Made by a program: the position numbers and the translations under genes
Source of the DNA: Acidimicrobiales bacterium
GTDB lineage: Bacteria; Actinomycetota; Acidimicrobiia; Acidimicrobiales; JACDEA01
Assembly: GCA_035649535.1 (NCBI GenBank)
Contig: DASRJI010000101.1
Coordinates: forward strand, 1,994 to 65,993
Direction: 5' to 3'
DNA length: 64,000 bases
Notes under the pieces: model-generated
The model's database searches: none
What the model saw: the letters and a program-made list of their open reading frames with translations, nothing else
What the model was told of the DNA's origin: nothing
Shown: positions 38,563 to 46,814 of the stretch, in pieces
Layout: each line of letters begins with the position of its first letter
Position numbering within the stretch: position 1 is the stretch's first letter

Positions 38563-38592
38563 TCCTCGTTAGCAGACGCGTACGATCGCGTC

Positions 38593-39915
38593 GTGCGGTC
38601 GACCGAACCGCTCCGACCTACGGCGGCCACCACGTTGACCCCGCTCGTCGCGGCGTTCTTCGGCGACAAGCCGCTACCCGTGAAGTTGCGGTGTTGGGAC
38701 GGCAGCGTCATCGGCGATCCGGCGGCGCCGGCCACGCTCGTGATCGCCTCGCCCGATGCGGTCCGCCGGCTCTTGTGGGCGCCCAACGAGTTGGGCCTCG
38801 GCCGGGCCTACGTCGCCGGCGACCTCGACGTCGACGGCAACGTCTTCGACGTGCTCTCGCTGCGTGACGTTCTCGCCGATCGCGGCGACGGCCTCAGGAT
38901 CGCCCTGGACTGGCGCGGCCGGCTGAGGGCACTGCGCGCGGCGCGGGCGGTTGGCGCGCTGGGCCGCCCGTTGCCGCCGCCGCCCCAGGAGGCCCAGCTG
39001 CGCGGTGGGCGTCACTCGAGGGCGCGGGACGCCGCCGCCGTCTCGCATCACTACGACCTCTCCAACGACTTCTATCGCATGGTGCTCGGGCCCACGATGA
39101 CGTACTCGTGCGCGTACTTCCCGGATGAAGACGCCACGCTCGATGAGGCGCAGCGCTACAAGTACGACGTCATCGCTCGCAAGCTCGAGCTTACGGCCGG
39201 GATGCGACTGCTCGACGTCGGTTGCGGCTGGGGCGGCATGGTGCTGCACGCGGCGGAGGAGTACGGCGCGCGCGCGGTGGGTGTCACGCTGTCGCAGCGG
39301 CAGGCCGAGCTGGCGACCGAGCGCGTCCGGGTCGCGGGGCTGAGCGATCGCATCGAGATCCGGGTGCAGGACTACCGCGACATCAACGACGGCCCGTTCG
39401 ACGCCATCAGCAGCATCGGGATGTTCGAACACGTCGGCCGGGATCAGCTGGCCGAATACTTCGGCTGCCTGCACCGTCTGCTCGCCCCGGGCGGCCGCTT
39501 GCTCAACCACGGCATCTCGCGCCCGGGCGACGGCGAGGTCGGCTCGCGCGCTGCGTTCGACCGCAACGGGTTCATCGAGCGCTACGTGTTCCCCGACGGC
39601 GAACTGCACGAGGTCGGCACTGTCGTGAGCCTCATGCAGGAGCGCTTCGAAGTTCGCGACGTCGAGTCGCTGCGCGAGCACTACGCCCGCACGCTGCGTC
39701 ACTGGGTCGCCAACCTCGAGGCCAACTGGGACCGCGCCGTCGATCTCGTCGGCCCGTCGGCTCGCATCTGGCGGCTCTATATGGCCGGGTCGGCCCTCAA
39801 CTTCGAAGCCGGCCGCACGTCGATCCACCAAGTTCTCGCCGTGAAACCCCACGCCGATGGCACCAGCGGTATGCCGCTGAACCGCGCCTCGTTGTTGCTA
39901 CAGCAGTCGCAGTGA
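38593..39915 (+). CDS. cfa: cyclopropane-fatty-acyl-phospholipid synthase family SAM methyltransferase
   Basis: HYDLSNDFYRMVLGPTMTYSCAYF, LLDVGCGWGG and the HVG...Y region. I moved the start to the GTG at 38593. Confidence 0.85.
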   Translation: MRSTEPLRPTAATTLTPLVAAFFGDKPLPVKLRCWDGSVIGDPAAPATLVIASPDAVRRLLWAPNELGLGRAYVAGDLDVDGNVFDVLSLRDVLADRGDGLRIALDWRGRLRALRAARAVGALGRPLPPPPQEAQLRGGRHSRARDAAAVSHHYDLSNDFYRMVLGPTMTYSCAYFPDEDATLDEAQRYKYDVIARKLELTAGMRLLDVGCGWGGMVLHAAEEYGARAVGVTLSQRQAELATERVRVAGLSDRIEIRVQDYRDINDGPFDAISSIGMFEHVGRDQLAEYFGCLHRLLAPGGRLLNHGISRPGDGEVGSRAAFDRNGFIERYVFPDGELHEVGTVVSLMQERFEVRDVESLREHYARTLRHWVANLEANWDRAVDLVGPSARIWRLYMAGSALNFEAGRTSIHQVLAVKPHADGTSGMPLNRASLLLQQSQ

Positions 39916-39916
39916 C

Positions 39917-40741
39917 CTAGCCGCGGAGGGCGAAGGTGACACCGGCGGCCGTCGCACTGCCGCGACGGGCGACGGCGCGGTAGGTGCCGGCGGGCGCGTG
40001 GGCGCCGCTGCAGCCGTCGCCGTCAGGGCAGACGATCTGGTTCCACACGGCGACGGTGCCGTAGTTGTGCGTGTCGTTCGGGTTGAGCAGCGGCGACGAC
40101 GGCGGCGGATTCGGGCACGGCGTCGAGGCCGGGCTGTTCTTCCACACGGTCGCCCCGCTCGTGTCCTCCACGCTGGCCCACGCGGTGATGCCACACGGCG
40201 CCGGCGCGTAACACGGGCGGTTCGTCGCGTTGCGGACCGTGATCGAAATGTCGACCGGGCCGTTGGGCCGGTAGCTGGGCTTGGCCGTGTTCGTCGAGTA
40301 CGCAAGGTCGCCCGCCTTGCAGTTGCCGATCGGCGACGGCGGCACGGTGCCGCCGACAGGGGTCGAGGTGGTGTTGCCCGCCGCGGTCGTGGTCGTGCGT
40401 GATGCGTTCGTCGAAGTTGTCGCGCCCGCGGCGGTGGTCGTGGTCCGGCGCGGGTGCTTGTTGTCCGCGTCCGCCGACGCGGTCGTGGTGGTTCCGCCCG
40501 CGCTCAAGTTGTCGGAACCGCCGCCACCACCGGCGCCGGCGATCGTCCGTAGAGGCTGCAGGATGGGTGAGGTGCTGCCGCCAACCATGACGGCCAACCC
40601 GACGACGGCGACAAGAGCGGCGCTGGTGGCACCGACTTGACGCCGCCGCCGGAGCTGGCGTCCCCTCCGATAGGTACGTTCGAGGTGAGCCTCCGGGGAC
40701 CAGGCGGGATCAGGCTTGATTGGGTTCACCGACGAACACAT
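39917..40741 (-). CDS. putative anti-sigma factor: TM protein with Thr-rich linker and Cys-rich extracytoplasmic domain
   Basis: The start overlaps the sigma-factor stop. It has a single TM helix (ALVAVVGLAVMVGG), RTTTTAAG repeats and 7 Cys in the C-terminal domain. Confidence 0.5.
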   Translation of the reverse strand: MCSSVNPIKPDPAWSPEAHLERTYRRGRQLRRRRQVGATSAALVAVVGLAVMVGGSTSPILQPLRTIAGAGGGGGSDNLSAGGTTTTASADADNKHPRRTTTTAAGATTSTNASRTTTTAAGNTTSTPVGGTVPPSPIGNCKAGDLAYSTNTAKPSYRPNGPVDISITVRNATNRPCYAPAPCGITAWASVEDTSGATVWKNSPASTPCPNPPPSSPLLNPNDTHNYGTVAVWNQIVCPDGDGCSGAHAPAGTYRAVARRGSATAAGVTFALRG

Positions 40742-41225
40742 CCTCTCGGAAGTCGTTGCCGAGGCGGAGACGCAGCCCGTCGAGGCCGCGCCGCAAATGG
40801 GCACTGGCGGTGCCTGCCGATATGCCGAGCGTCTCGGCGACTTCGGTTTCCCGGAAGCCGCTGAGATAGCGCAGAGCCACTGCCTGCCGTTGCCGGCGCG
40901 GAAGTGATCGGAGGGCATTGACCAGTGCCAGGCGGACTATCGCCGCCTCGGTGGCATCTAGAGGCTCCTGGACGGTGACCGCAGGTATTCGTCGCCGGGT
41001 CGCGTCGATGGCGAGATTGGTTGCGACCCGCAGAATCCACCCGTCGCGGTGCGGCAGCTTGGCGATCTTGTGCCAGCGTGCGTAGGCACGAGCGAGGGCT
41101 TCAGCAGCGACATCTTCAGCCGCGGTCCGATTGCCCAGTAGCCGATAAGCAAGAGTTGCGGCGCGAGGAAAGATTTCGGCATAAACAGCCTCGAAATCCT
41201 CGTTTCGCGCCGCGGTACCCGCCAT
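40710..41225 (-). CDS. ECF-type RNA polymerase sigma-70 factor
   Basis: Region 2 (AEDVAAEALARAYARW, ATNLAIDATRRR) and region 4 (LPRRQRQAVALRYLSGFRETEVAETLGISAGT). Confidence 0.85.
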   Translation of the reverse strand: MAGTAARNEDFEAVYAEIFPRAATLAYRLLGNRTAAEDVAAEALARAYARWHKIAKLPHRDGWILRVATNLAIDATRRRIPAVTVQEPLDATEAAIVRLALVNALRSLPRRQRQAVALRYLSGFRETEVAETLGISAGTASAHLRRGLDGLRLRLGNDFREDVFVGEPNQA

Positions 41226-41282
41226 CGCTACTTAAACGTCCGAGCGATCGGAATCCGCGACACGCACAGTGAGATTTTCTCT

Positions 41283-42227
41283 TTAGCCGGACGGCGGTGG
41301 GGAGATGATGTCCACGGCGGCCAGCACGTCGGCGTCGAGCTGCCACGCCCCAGCCGCCGCGTTGGCGACGACCTGCTCGGGCTTGGTGGCGCCGGCGATG
41401 ACCGAGGCGACGTGAGGCTGGGTCGCCAGCCAGGCGATGGCCAGCTCGAGGATCGTGTGGCCCTGGTCGGCGGCCAGCTTCTCGAGGGCCTCGACCTTGT
41501 CGAAGTTCTTGTCGCTGAGCACGCGGTCGGCCCGGTCCGCCGGCACGCCGGCGAGCCGTGTGCCATCCGGCGGCGCCTCGCCACGGTGGTACTTGCCGGT
41601 GAGCAGCCCGTTGGCCAGCGGGAAGTACGGCAGGACGCCGAGGCCCCGCTCGACGGCGGCGGGGGCGACGTCGTTGTCGACGTGGCGGTTGAGCACGTTG
41701 TAGTAGTTCTGCGCGGTCACGAAACGGGCCAGGCCGGCAGTGGTCGACGCGTCATCGGCGGCGCGGAGCTGCGCGGCGTCGAAGTTGGAGTTGCCGATCT
41801 CGCGGACCTTGCCGGCGCGCACGAGGGCGTCGAGCGCGGCGAGCGTCTCCTCGATTGGTGTCTCCGCGTCCGGCGCGTGCAGCTGGTACAGGTCGATGCG
41901 GTCGGTGCCGAGCCTGCGGAGGCTGTTCTCCACCGCCTGTCCGATCCACCGGGCGCTGGCGCCCGCCTCGCCCTCGGCGCCCATGGGCATGCCGAACTTG
42001 GTCGCGACCAGCACCTCGTCGCGCCGGGCGCCAAGGGCCTGTCCGAGTAGTTCCTCCGACCGGCCCTGGCCGCCGTAGACGTCGGCCGTGTCGAACAGCG
42101 TGATCCCGGCGTCGATGGCGGCGTTGACGACCGCCGCGGTTTGCGCCGCGTCGCAGCGCATTCCGAAGTTGTTGCACCCGAGCCCAACGACCGAAACCTC
42201 GAGGCTCCCCAGCGTCTTTGTTCGCAT
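41283..42227 (-). CDS. aldo/keto reductase
   Basis: Starts MRTKTLGSLEVSVVGLGCNNFG at the ATG at 42227 and has LFDTADVYG and GNSNF motifs. The rest of the 585-aa track ORF is an upstream read-through artefact. Confidence 0.85.
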   Translation of the reverse strand: MRTKTLGSLEVSVVGLGCNNFGMRCDAAQTAAVVNAAIDAGITLFDTADVYGGQGRSEELLGQALGARRDEVLVATKFGMPMGAEGEAGASARWIGQAVENSLRRLGTDRIDLYQLHAPDAETPIEETLAALDALVRAGKVREIGNSNFDAAQLRAADDASTTAGLARFVTAQNYYNVLNRHVDNDVAPAAVERGLGVLPYFPLANGLLTGKYHRGEAPPDGTRLAGVPADRADRVLSDKNFDKVEALEKLAADQGHTILELAIAWLATQPHVASVIAGATKPEQVVANAAAGAWQLDADVLAAVDIISPPPSG

Positions 42228-42239
42228 GCTGCTAATCGT

Positions 42240-43085
42240 ATGGCCATGCCGATCAACCCGAATGCCGTTGGTACGACGTCCGAGCCGGTGGAGCGGTCGT
42301 GGAATTCGAAGGACGCGCTGCTCTACGCGGTGGGCGTGGGCGCCGGTCTCGACGAGTTGCAGTACACCACGGAGAACTCCCGCGACATCCAACAGGCGGT
42401 GCTGCCGACGTTCGCAGTGATCGCCGGCATCGGGGGTAACGCCATGTCCGAGATCGGCGACTTCAACTTCGCCATGCTCGTGCACGGCGAGCAGGCGATC
42501 CAGGTGCACAAGCCGATCCCGGTCGAGGGCACCGTCCGGACCGTCAGCAAGGTCACCGCGATCTGGGACAAGGGATCGGGCGCGGTCATCGAGACCGAGT
42601 CGGAGTCCGTCGACGTCCAGACCGGCGACCCGCAGTTCACGAACCGCTCGGCCGTGTTCATCCGCGGTGAGGGTGGATGGGGCGGCGACCGCGGACCATC
42701 CGGCGGCCGCAACGCGGCGCCCGAGCGCGCGCCCGACCACGTCGTCACTTACGAGACCCGGCCGGATCAGGCCCTCACCTATCGCTTGTCGGGCGACCGC
42801 AACCCGCTGCACTCCGACCCCGCGTTCGCGGCGATGGCCGGCTTCGAGAAGCCGATCCTGCACGGGCTCTGCACCTACGGGTTCACCGGCCGGGCGTTGC
42901 TGCACACGTTGTGCGGCGGCGACGCGGCGCGGTTCAAGTCGATGGAGGGCCGCTTCTCGCGGCCCGTATATCCCGGCGACGCGCTGACTGTGTCGATGTG
43001 GGTCAACGGGAGCGAGGCGATCTTCCAGACCAAGACGCAACGCGACGAGGTCGTGATCGACGGCGGTCTCTGCGTCTTCGCGTGA
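42240..43085 (+). CDS. MaoC-like double hot-dog (R)-specific enoyl-CoA hydratase/dehydratase
   Basis: The N-terminal pseudo-hot-dog starts ALLYAVGVGAG. The C-terminal MaoC motif is YRLSGDRNPLHSDPAFA ... ILHG. Confidence 0.8.
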   Translation: MAMPINPNAVGTTSEPVERSWNSKDALLYAVGVGAGLDELQYTTENSRDIQQAVLPTFAVIAGIGGNAMSEIGDFNFAMLVHGEQAIQVHKPIPVEGTVRTVSKVTAIWDKGSGAVIETESESVDVQTGDPQFTNRSAVFIRGEGGWGGDRGPSGGRNAAPERAPDHVVTYETRPDQALTYRLSGDRNPLHSDPAFAAMAGFEKPILHGLCTYGFTGRALLHTLCGGDAARFKSMEGRFSRPVYPGDALTVSMWVNGSEAIFQTKTQRDEVVIDGGLCVFA

Positions 43086-43858
43086 CCGTTACCTATGCGG
43101 TTCGCGCTCACAACGCGGCGACCGACTCCGACAACCGGATCCACTCCGACGACGTCGCCCAGCAGTACGGGTTCAAGGGCGGCTTGGTCCCGGGCGTCAC
43201 GGTGTACGCGTACATGGTCAGGCCGGTTGCGTCGCAGTGGGGCCGGGCATGGGTCGAGCGAGGGAGTCTGACGGCGCGGTTCGTGCAGCCCGTGTACGAG
43301 GGCGACGACACGTCGGTCGAGTTCGACGAAGAGAGCGGCGCGGTCACCGTTCGCAACGGGGCGGGCGAGACGTGCGCAACCGGCCGGGCCGGGTGGTCCG
43401 AGATGGTGGCTCCCGACGTGGCCGGGTACCCGCCGGCGGCACTGCCCGACCCGCGCCCCGCCGCGTCACCCGAGTCATTGGTGCCGGGTGCGATGTTGGG
43501 ATCGTTGGGCGCCGGGTTCCATGCCGACCGGGCCGGCGAGTACCTCACGATCGTCAGCGACGACCTTCCGCTGTGGGCCGAGGAGCGCATCGCCCATCCC
43601 GGCTATCTACTGACCTTCGCCAACTACATCCTGTCGAGCAACGTGAAGCTCGGTCCCTGGATCCACGTCGAGAGCACCGCCAACCATTTCGCGGTGGTCA
43701 GCGACGGCGAGCATTGGGAGATCCGCGGCAACGTCGCCGACGCATACGAGCGCAAAGGACACAAGTTCGTGGAGCTCGACCTGCTGGTGGTCGAGGGCGG
43801 CATCCGGCCGGTGATGGCCATCCGCCACACCGCGATCTACGAGCCCGCCAAGCGATAA
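43082..43858 (+). CDS. MaoC-like hot-dog fold protein
   Basis: GTGA overlap with the previous gene. The N-terminal motif is DSDNRIHSDDVAQQYGFKGGLVPG. Confidence 0.7.
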   Translation: MTVTYAVRAHNAATDSDNRIHSDDVAQQYGFKGGLVPGVTVYAYMVRPVASQWGRAWVERGSLTARFVQPVYEGDDTSVEFDEESGAVTVRNGAGETCATGRAGWSEMVAPDVAGYPPAALPDPRPAASPESLVPGAMLGSLGAGFHADRAGEYLTIVSDDLPLWAEERIAHPGYLLTFANYILSSNVKLGPWIHVESTANHFAVVSDGEHWEIRGNVADAYERKGHKFVELDLLVVEGGIRPVMAIRHTAIYEPAKR

Positions 43859-43861
43859 CCG

Positions 43862-43907
43862 CCGCCGCGTGCAGTAGTGGACGTGTACGCAGCCACTTCT
43901 GCGCGCG
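43862..43907. repeat. left copy of a 46-bp direct repeat flanking the DUF559 pseudogene
   Basis: 44/46 identical to 44842..44887, at an offset of 980 bp. Confidence 0.9.
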
Positions 43908-43958
43908 AGCGCGATTGCGTCTAGCGGTGGCGCGCGCCGGATGGTTCCCTGGCGAGCG

Positions 43959-44857
43959 ATGTTCCTCGACGCGATCGCTCGGTTGACGAGCGCACAGCAC
44001 GGGCTCGTCACGACGCAGCAGATCCTCGCGACCGGCGCGACCCGCGCATGGATCAGGTGGGCGGTCGAGGACGGGCGGCTGACCCCGGTTCGTCGCGGCG
44101 TCTACGCGGCGGTCGGCGCGCCTGCGTCACCGTACGCAAGCCTCGCCGCCGCAGGGTTGGCAGCCGGCCCCGGCGTTGCCGCATCGCACCTCCCTGCGGG
44201 CTGGCTTTGGGGCGCCGCCGACGTGGCCCGGGCCCTACCGGAGCTGACGGCGTTTGACGGTCGCCAAGTCCGCCTCCGCGGCGTCCGAGTCCACCGATCG
44301 GCCCTTGAGTCGGAGCGATGGGTAACGGATCGGCACAACATTCCCACCGTCGTTGCACCGCTGATGATCGTGCAGTTGGCGGAGGCCGCGAGTTGTGAGC
44401 TGGCGATAGCGGTCGCCCGCGACCTCCGGAAGCGGAACCTCGTCGGGTATCGGCTCGTACTCGAGTGCCTCGATGCGACGCGGATCAAGGTCAAGCCTGC
44501 GCTAGCCCGCTATTGCGACCGGGCCCTGCGGGTCGACGGCCACGACGACAGTCCGCGGCGAACGCGCTGGGCGTCGCGCTGCTCGATGCCGGCGTGCCAC
44601 AGTTTGAGACGCAGTACGAGGTCGTCGTCGATGGCCGGGTCCTTCACCTCGATTTCGCTTGGCCCGACCACATGGTCGGCCTCGAGTACATGGGCAAGGC
44701 AGACCACGGAATGGACCAAGTCGACAGCGACGCCCGTCGCCGCGGCCAACTCACCGCTGCCGGTTGGCGCGTCCTAGACGCCACCGCCGGGATCGCGCTC
44801 CGCGACATCGTGCGATGGGTGGATCAAGCCTTAGCCATCGCCCGCCGCGTGCAGTAG
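43959..44857 (+). pseudogene. frameshifted AbiEi-like N-terminal domain / DUF559 (Vsr-like endonuclease fold) gene
   Basis: Two overlapping ORFs (43941..44777 and 44465..44857) together make one typical DUF559 protein. The frame switch lies near 44550-44560. Confidence 0.7.
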
Positions 44858-44887
44858 TGGACGTGTACACAGCCACTTCTGCACGCG
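44842..44887. repeat. right copy of the 46-bp direct repeat
   Basis: It contains the last five codons and the stop of the DUF559 gene (ARRVQ*) plus 28 nt downstream. Confidence 0.9.
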
Positions 44888-44904
44888 CTGGCCGGGGATG
44901 GCGG

Positions 44905-45591
44905 TTACGCGGCGGCGAGGCGGGCCTGACGGATTCGGTTGTGGAGGACGACGGTGTACGAGATGTCGAGCACGGTCACGATGACCGCCAGGCAGCGCAC
45001 GAACGGGTTGCCGTAGAACACCATGAAGATGAAGACCGTCACCATGCCGGTGCCGATGAACTTCGACCAGGCCACTGTCATCGAGAGATCACGCGGGTTG
45101 GCCAGCGTGAGGCCGAACCACAAGTAGGCGGCGGACTCCACGACGTTGACGGCGTAGGCCGACACGCTGCCGAGCGGCAGGTCGTAGCCCGAGTTCTTCA
45201 TCGTGACGTGGAACGCGACCCAGCCGGCGACGATCCCGGTGTTGATGAGCACGAACCAACGGCGGACCAGCGGCACGTTGGTCTGTTTGGCGCCGTAGAC
45301 GTAGACGAAGATCAGGATCGGCAGGTCCATGATGAACGCGCCGCGATAGATCCACTGCAGGCCCCATCCCATGTCGACGTGGAACAGGAAGCCCCACACG
45401 AACTCCCACGTGACATTGCCGGTCGCCGCCAGCACCGGTATCTCGAGGCGCTTCTGTTTCACCGCGATCACGAGGATCGCGGTGTAGGCCGGGACCCACG
45501 CGAGGAACCCGCCCACGTACCAGAAGACCTCGGCGCGGCTGTAGTGCCGGGTGTCGAGGAACGGCTCGGCGGCGAGGATCGCGTACCTCAC
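44905..45591 (-). CDS. polytopic membrane protein of unknown function (about 7 TM)
   Basis: GTGA overlap with the upstream MpaB-like gene. The product is very hydrophobic and Trp/Phe-rich (NVTWEFVWGFLFHVDMGWGLQWIY). Confidence 0.55.
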   Translation of the reverse strand: MRYAILAAEPFLDTRHYSRAEVFWYVGGFLAWVPAYTAILVIAVKQKRLEIPVLAATGNVTWEFVWGFLFHVDMGWGLQWIYRGAFIMDLPILIFVYVYGAKQTNVPLVRRWFVLINTGIVAGWVAFHVTMKNSGYDLPLGSVSAYAVNVVESAAYLWFGLTLANPRDLSMTVAWSKFIGTGMVTVFIFMVFYGNPFVRCLAVIVTVLDISYTVVLHNRIRQARLAAA

Positions 45592-46760
45592 GGCTGGACC
45601 CCGGTCGGCACCGCCTTCGGCATGGCCCACGGCGTCGCCAGCGCAGCCGGAATGTCGAATGCCGGTCGGGTCCCACCGCGCACCATACGGAACGCGTTGT
45701 CGAGCAGTTCGCGCCCGATCGGTTCGACGAGCCGCTGGAGTCGCTCGCTCCGGTCGACCAGCCGTTCGCCGCGCCCGAACACGCGTCCCATCCAGCGGGG
45801 GACGAATCGCACCAGCGGAGGGGTCACCGTCGGGACATCGATCATGGCGGCCACGTCGTTGCCGATCAGATACCGCATCAGCGTCGGGACAAACGGGTCG
45901 TCGAGTGGGCCCGGTGTCAACGTCTGGACCAGCTCGATGAGCGCGGCAGTGAGCTCCTTGCCCTCCTCGGTCGCTTCGTACTGCCGCTCGCGGATCGCGT
46001 TCACCAATTGGGTCGCGTCGTCCATGTCGTGGATCCGCATCTCGGGGAGGACGCCGAGCATCTCGCCGACGACCTTCCAGAGATGGAGGTAGTCCTCCTG
46101 CGTCCGCCGGCTCACTTCGATGCCGAGCTTGCGCAGCGGTTCGGCCGGCACGTAGGCGAACGACAGCAGGGTGCCGGCCAAGTCCTCCTGGTTGATCGGC
46201 GTACCCCAGTGCGGGTCCCACGACGCCGGGTTCCGCAGCCTCTCCTTCTCGATGCTCTGCCGGATCGCCGCGTGCATGAGCCGGACGTGCTGGATCGTCC
46301 GCCGCCCGTTGCCCGTGTCCTCGAGACCGCCGGGCGTGAGGACGTCCATCAGGAACTGCCCGGTCTCGAGCACGCGGCGCTTGGCGTCCTTCTGGAGGCG
46401 GCCGGTATAGGCGAGCACGCGAACGCCCTTACCGGCCGCGTAGGCCGACGGGAGCGAGGCGCAAAACAAGCACGTCGTGATGTGCACGCCCCAGATCTGG
46501 AAGAAGCTCTGCGCCCGGGCAATCCGGTCGGGTTTGGCCCACCTGGGCAGCTCGATGGTGGTGTTGAGGAACTGCTCCATGTCGTCGGGCAGCTCACGAG
46601 GAACCGGCTGGTTAGTGCGAACCAGGGTCCGGAAGATGTCGTTGACGTGTTCGAGCTCGGACCCGGCGAGCACCGATGCCGCGATGTCATCGGCGGGTTT
46701 GTCGCCGACATCGCGCATCGGATCGAGCTTTGCGTCGGTCCAGCGTCCCCTGTCCGCCAT
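45588..46760 (-). CDS. MpaB/Lcp-like oxygenase family (DUF2236) protein
   Basis: An AGGGGG ribosome-binding site precedes the ATG at 46760. It has the TIQHVRLMHAAIR motif and the overall pattern of DUF2236. Confidence 0.7.
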   Translation of the reverse strand: MADRGRWTDAKLDPMRDVGDKPADDIAASVLAGSELEHVNDIFRTLVRTNQPVPRELPDDMEQFLNTTIELPRWAKPDRIARAQSFFQIWGVHITTCLFCASLPSAYAAGKGVRVLAYTGRLQKDAKRRVLETGQFLMDVLTPGGLEDTGNGRRTIQHVRLMHAAIRQSIEKERLRNPASWDPHWGTPINQEDLAGTLLSFAYVPAEPLRKLGIEVSRRTQEDYLHLWKVVGEMLGVLPEMRIHDMDDATQLVNAIRERQYEATEEGKELTAALIELVQTLTPGPLDDPFVPTLMRYLIGNDVAAMIDVPTVTPPLVRFVPRWMGRVFGRGERLVDRSERLQRLVEPIGRELLDNAFRMVRGGTRPAFDIPAALATPWAMPKAVPTGVQP

Positions 46761-46814
46761 CGAAACTGACCCCCTGCTATCCGCGTATCCCCGAGGCAGC
46801 ATGGCAGACTGCGC

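Noticed and set aside
41226-41282. Candidate ECF-type autoregulatory promoter (GGATTC ... CGTT) upstream of the sigma-factor gene.
   Set aside because: The spacing between the two elements is about 12 nt rather than the 16-17 nt expected for ECF promoters, and the -10-like element would lie only about 8 nt from the ATG. This is not convincing.
43941-44857. The DUF559/AbiEi-like locus as an active toxin-antitoxin or abortive-infection system.
   Set aside because: Only one gene is present and it is frameshifted. There is no AbiEii-like nucleotidyltransferase partner next to it.
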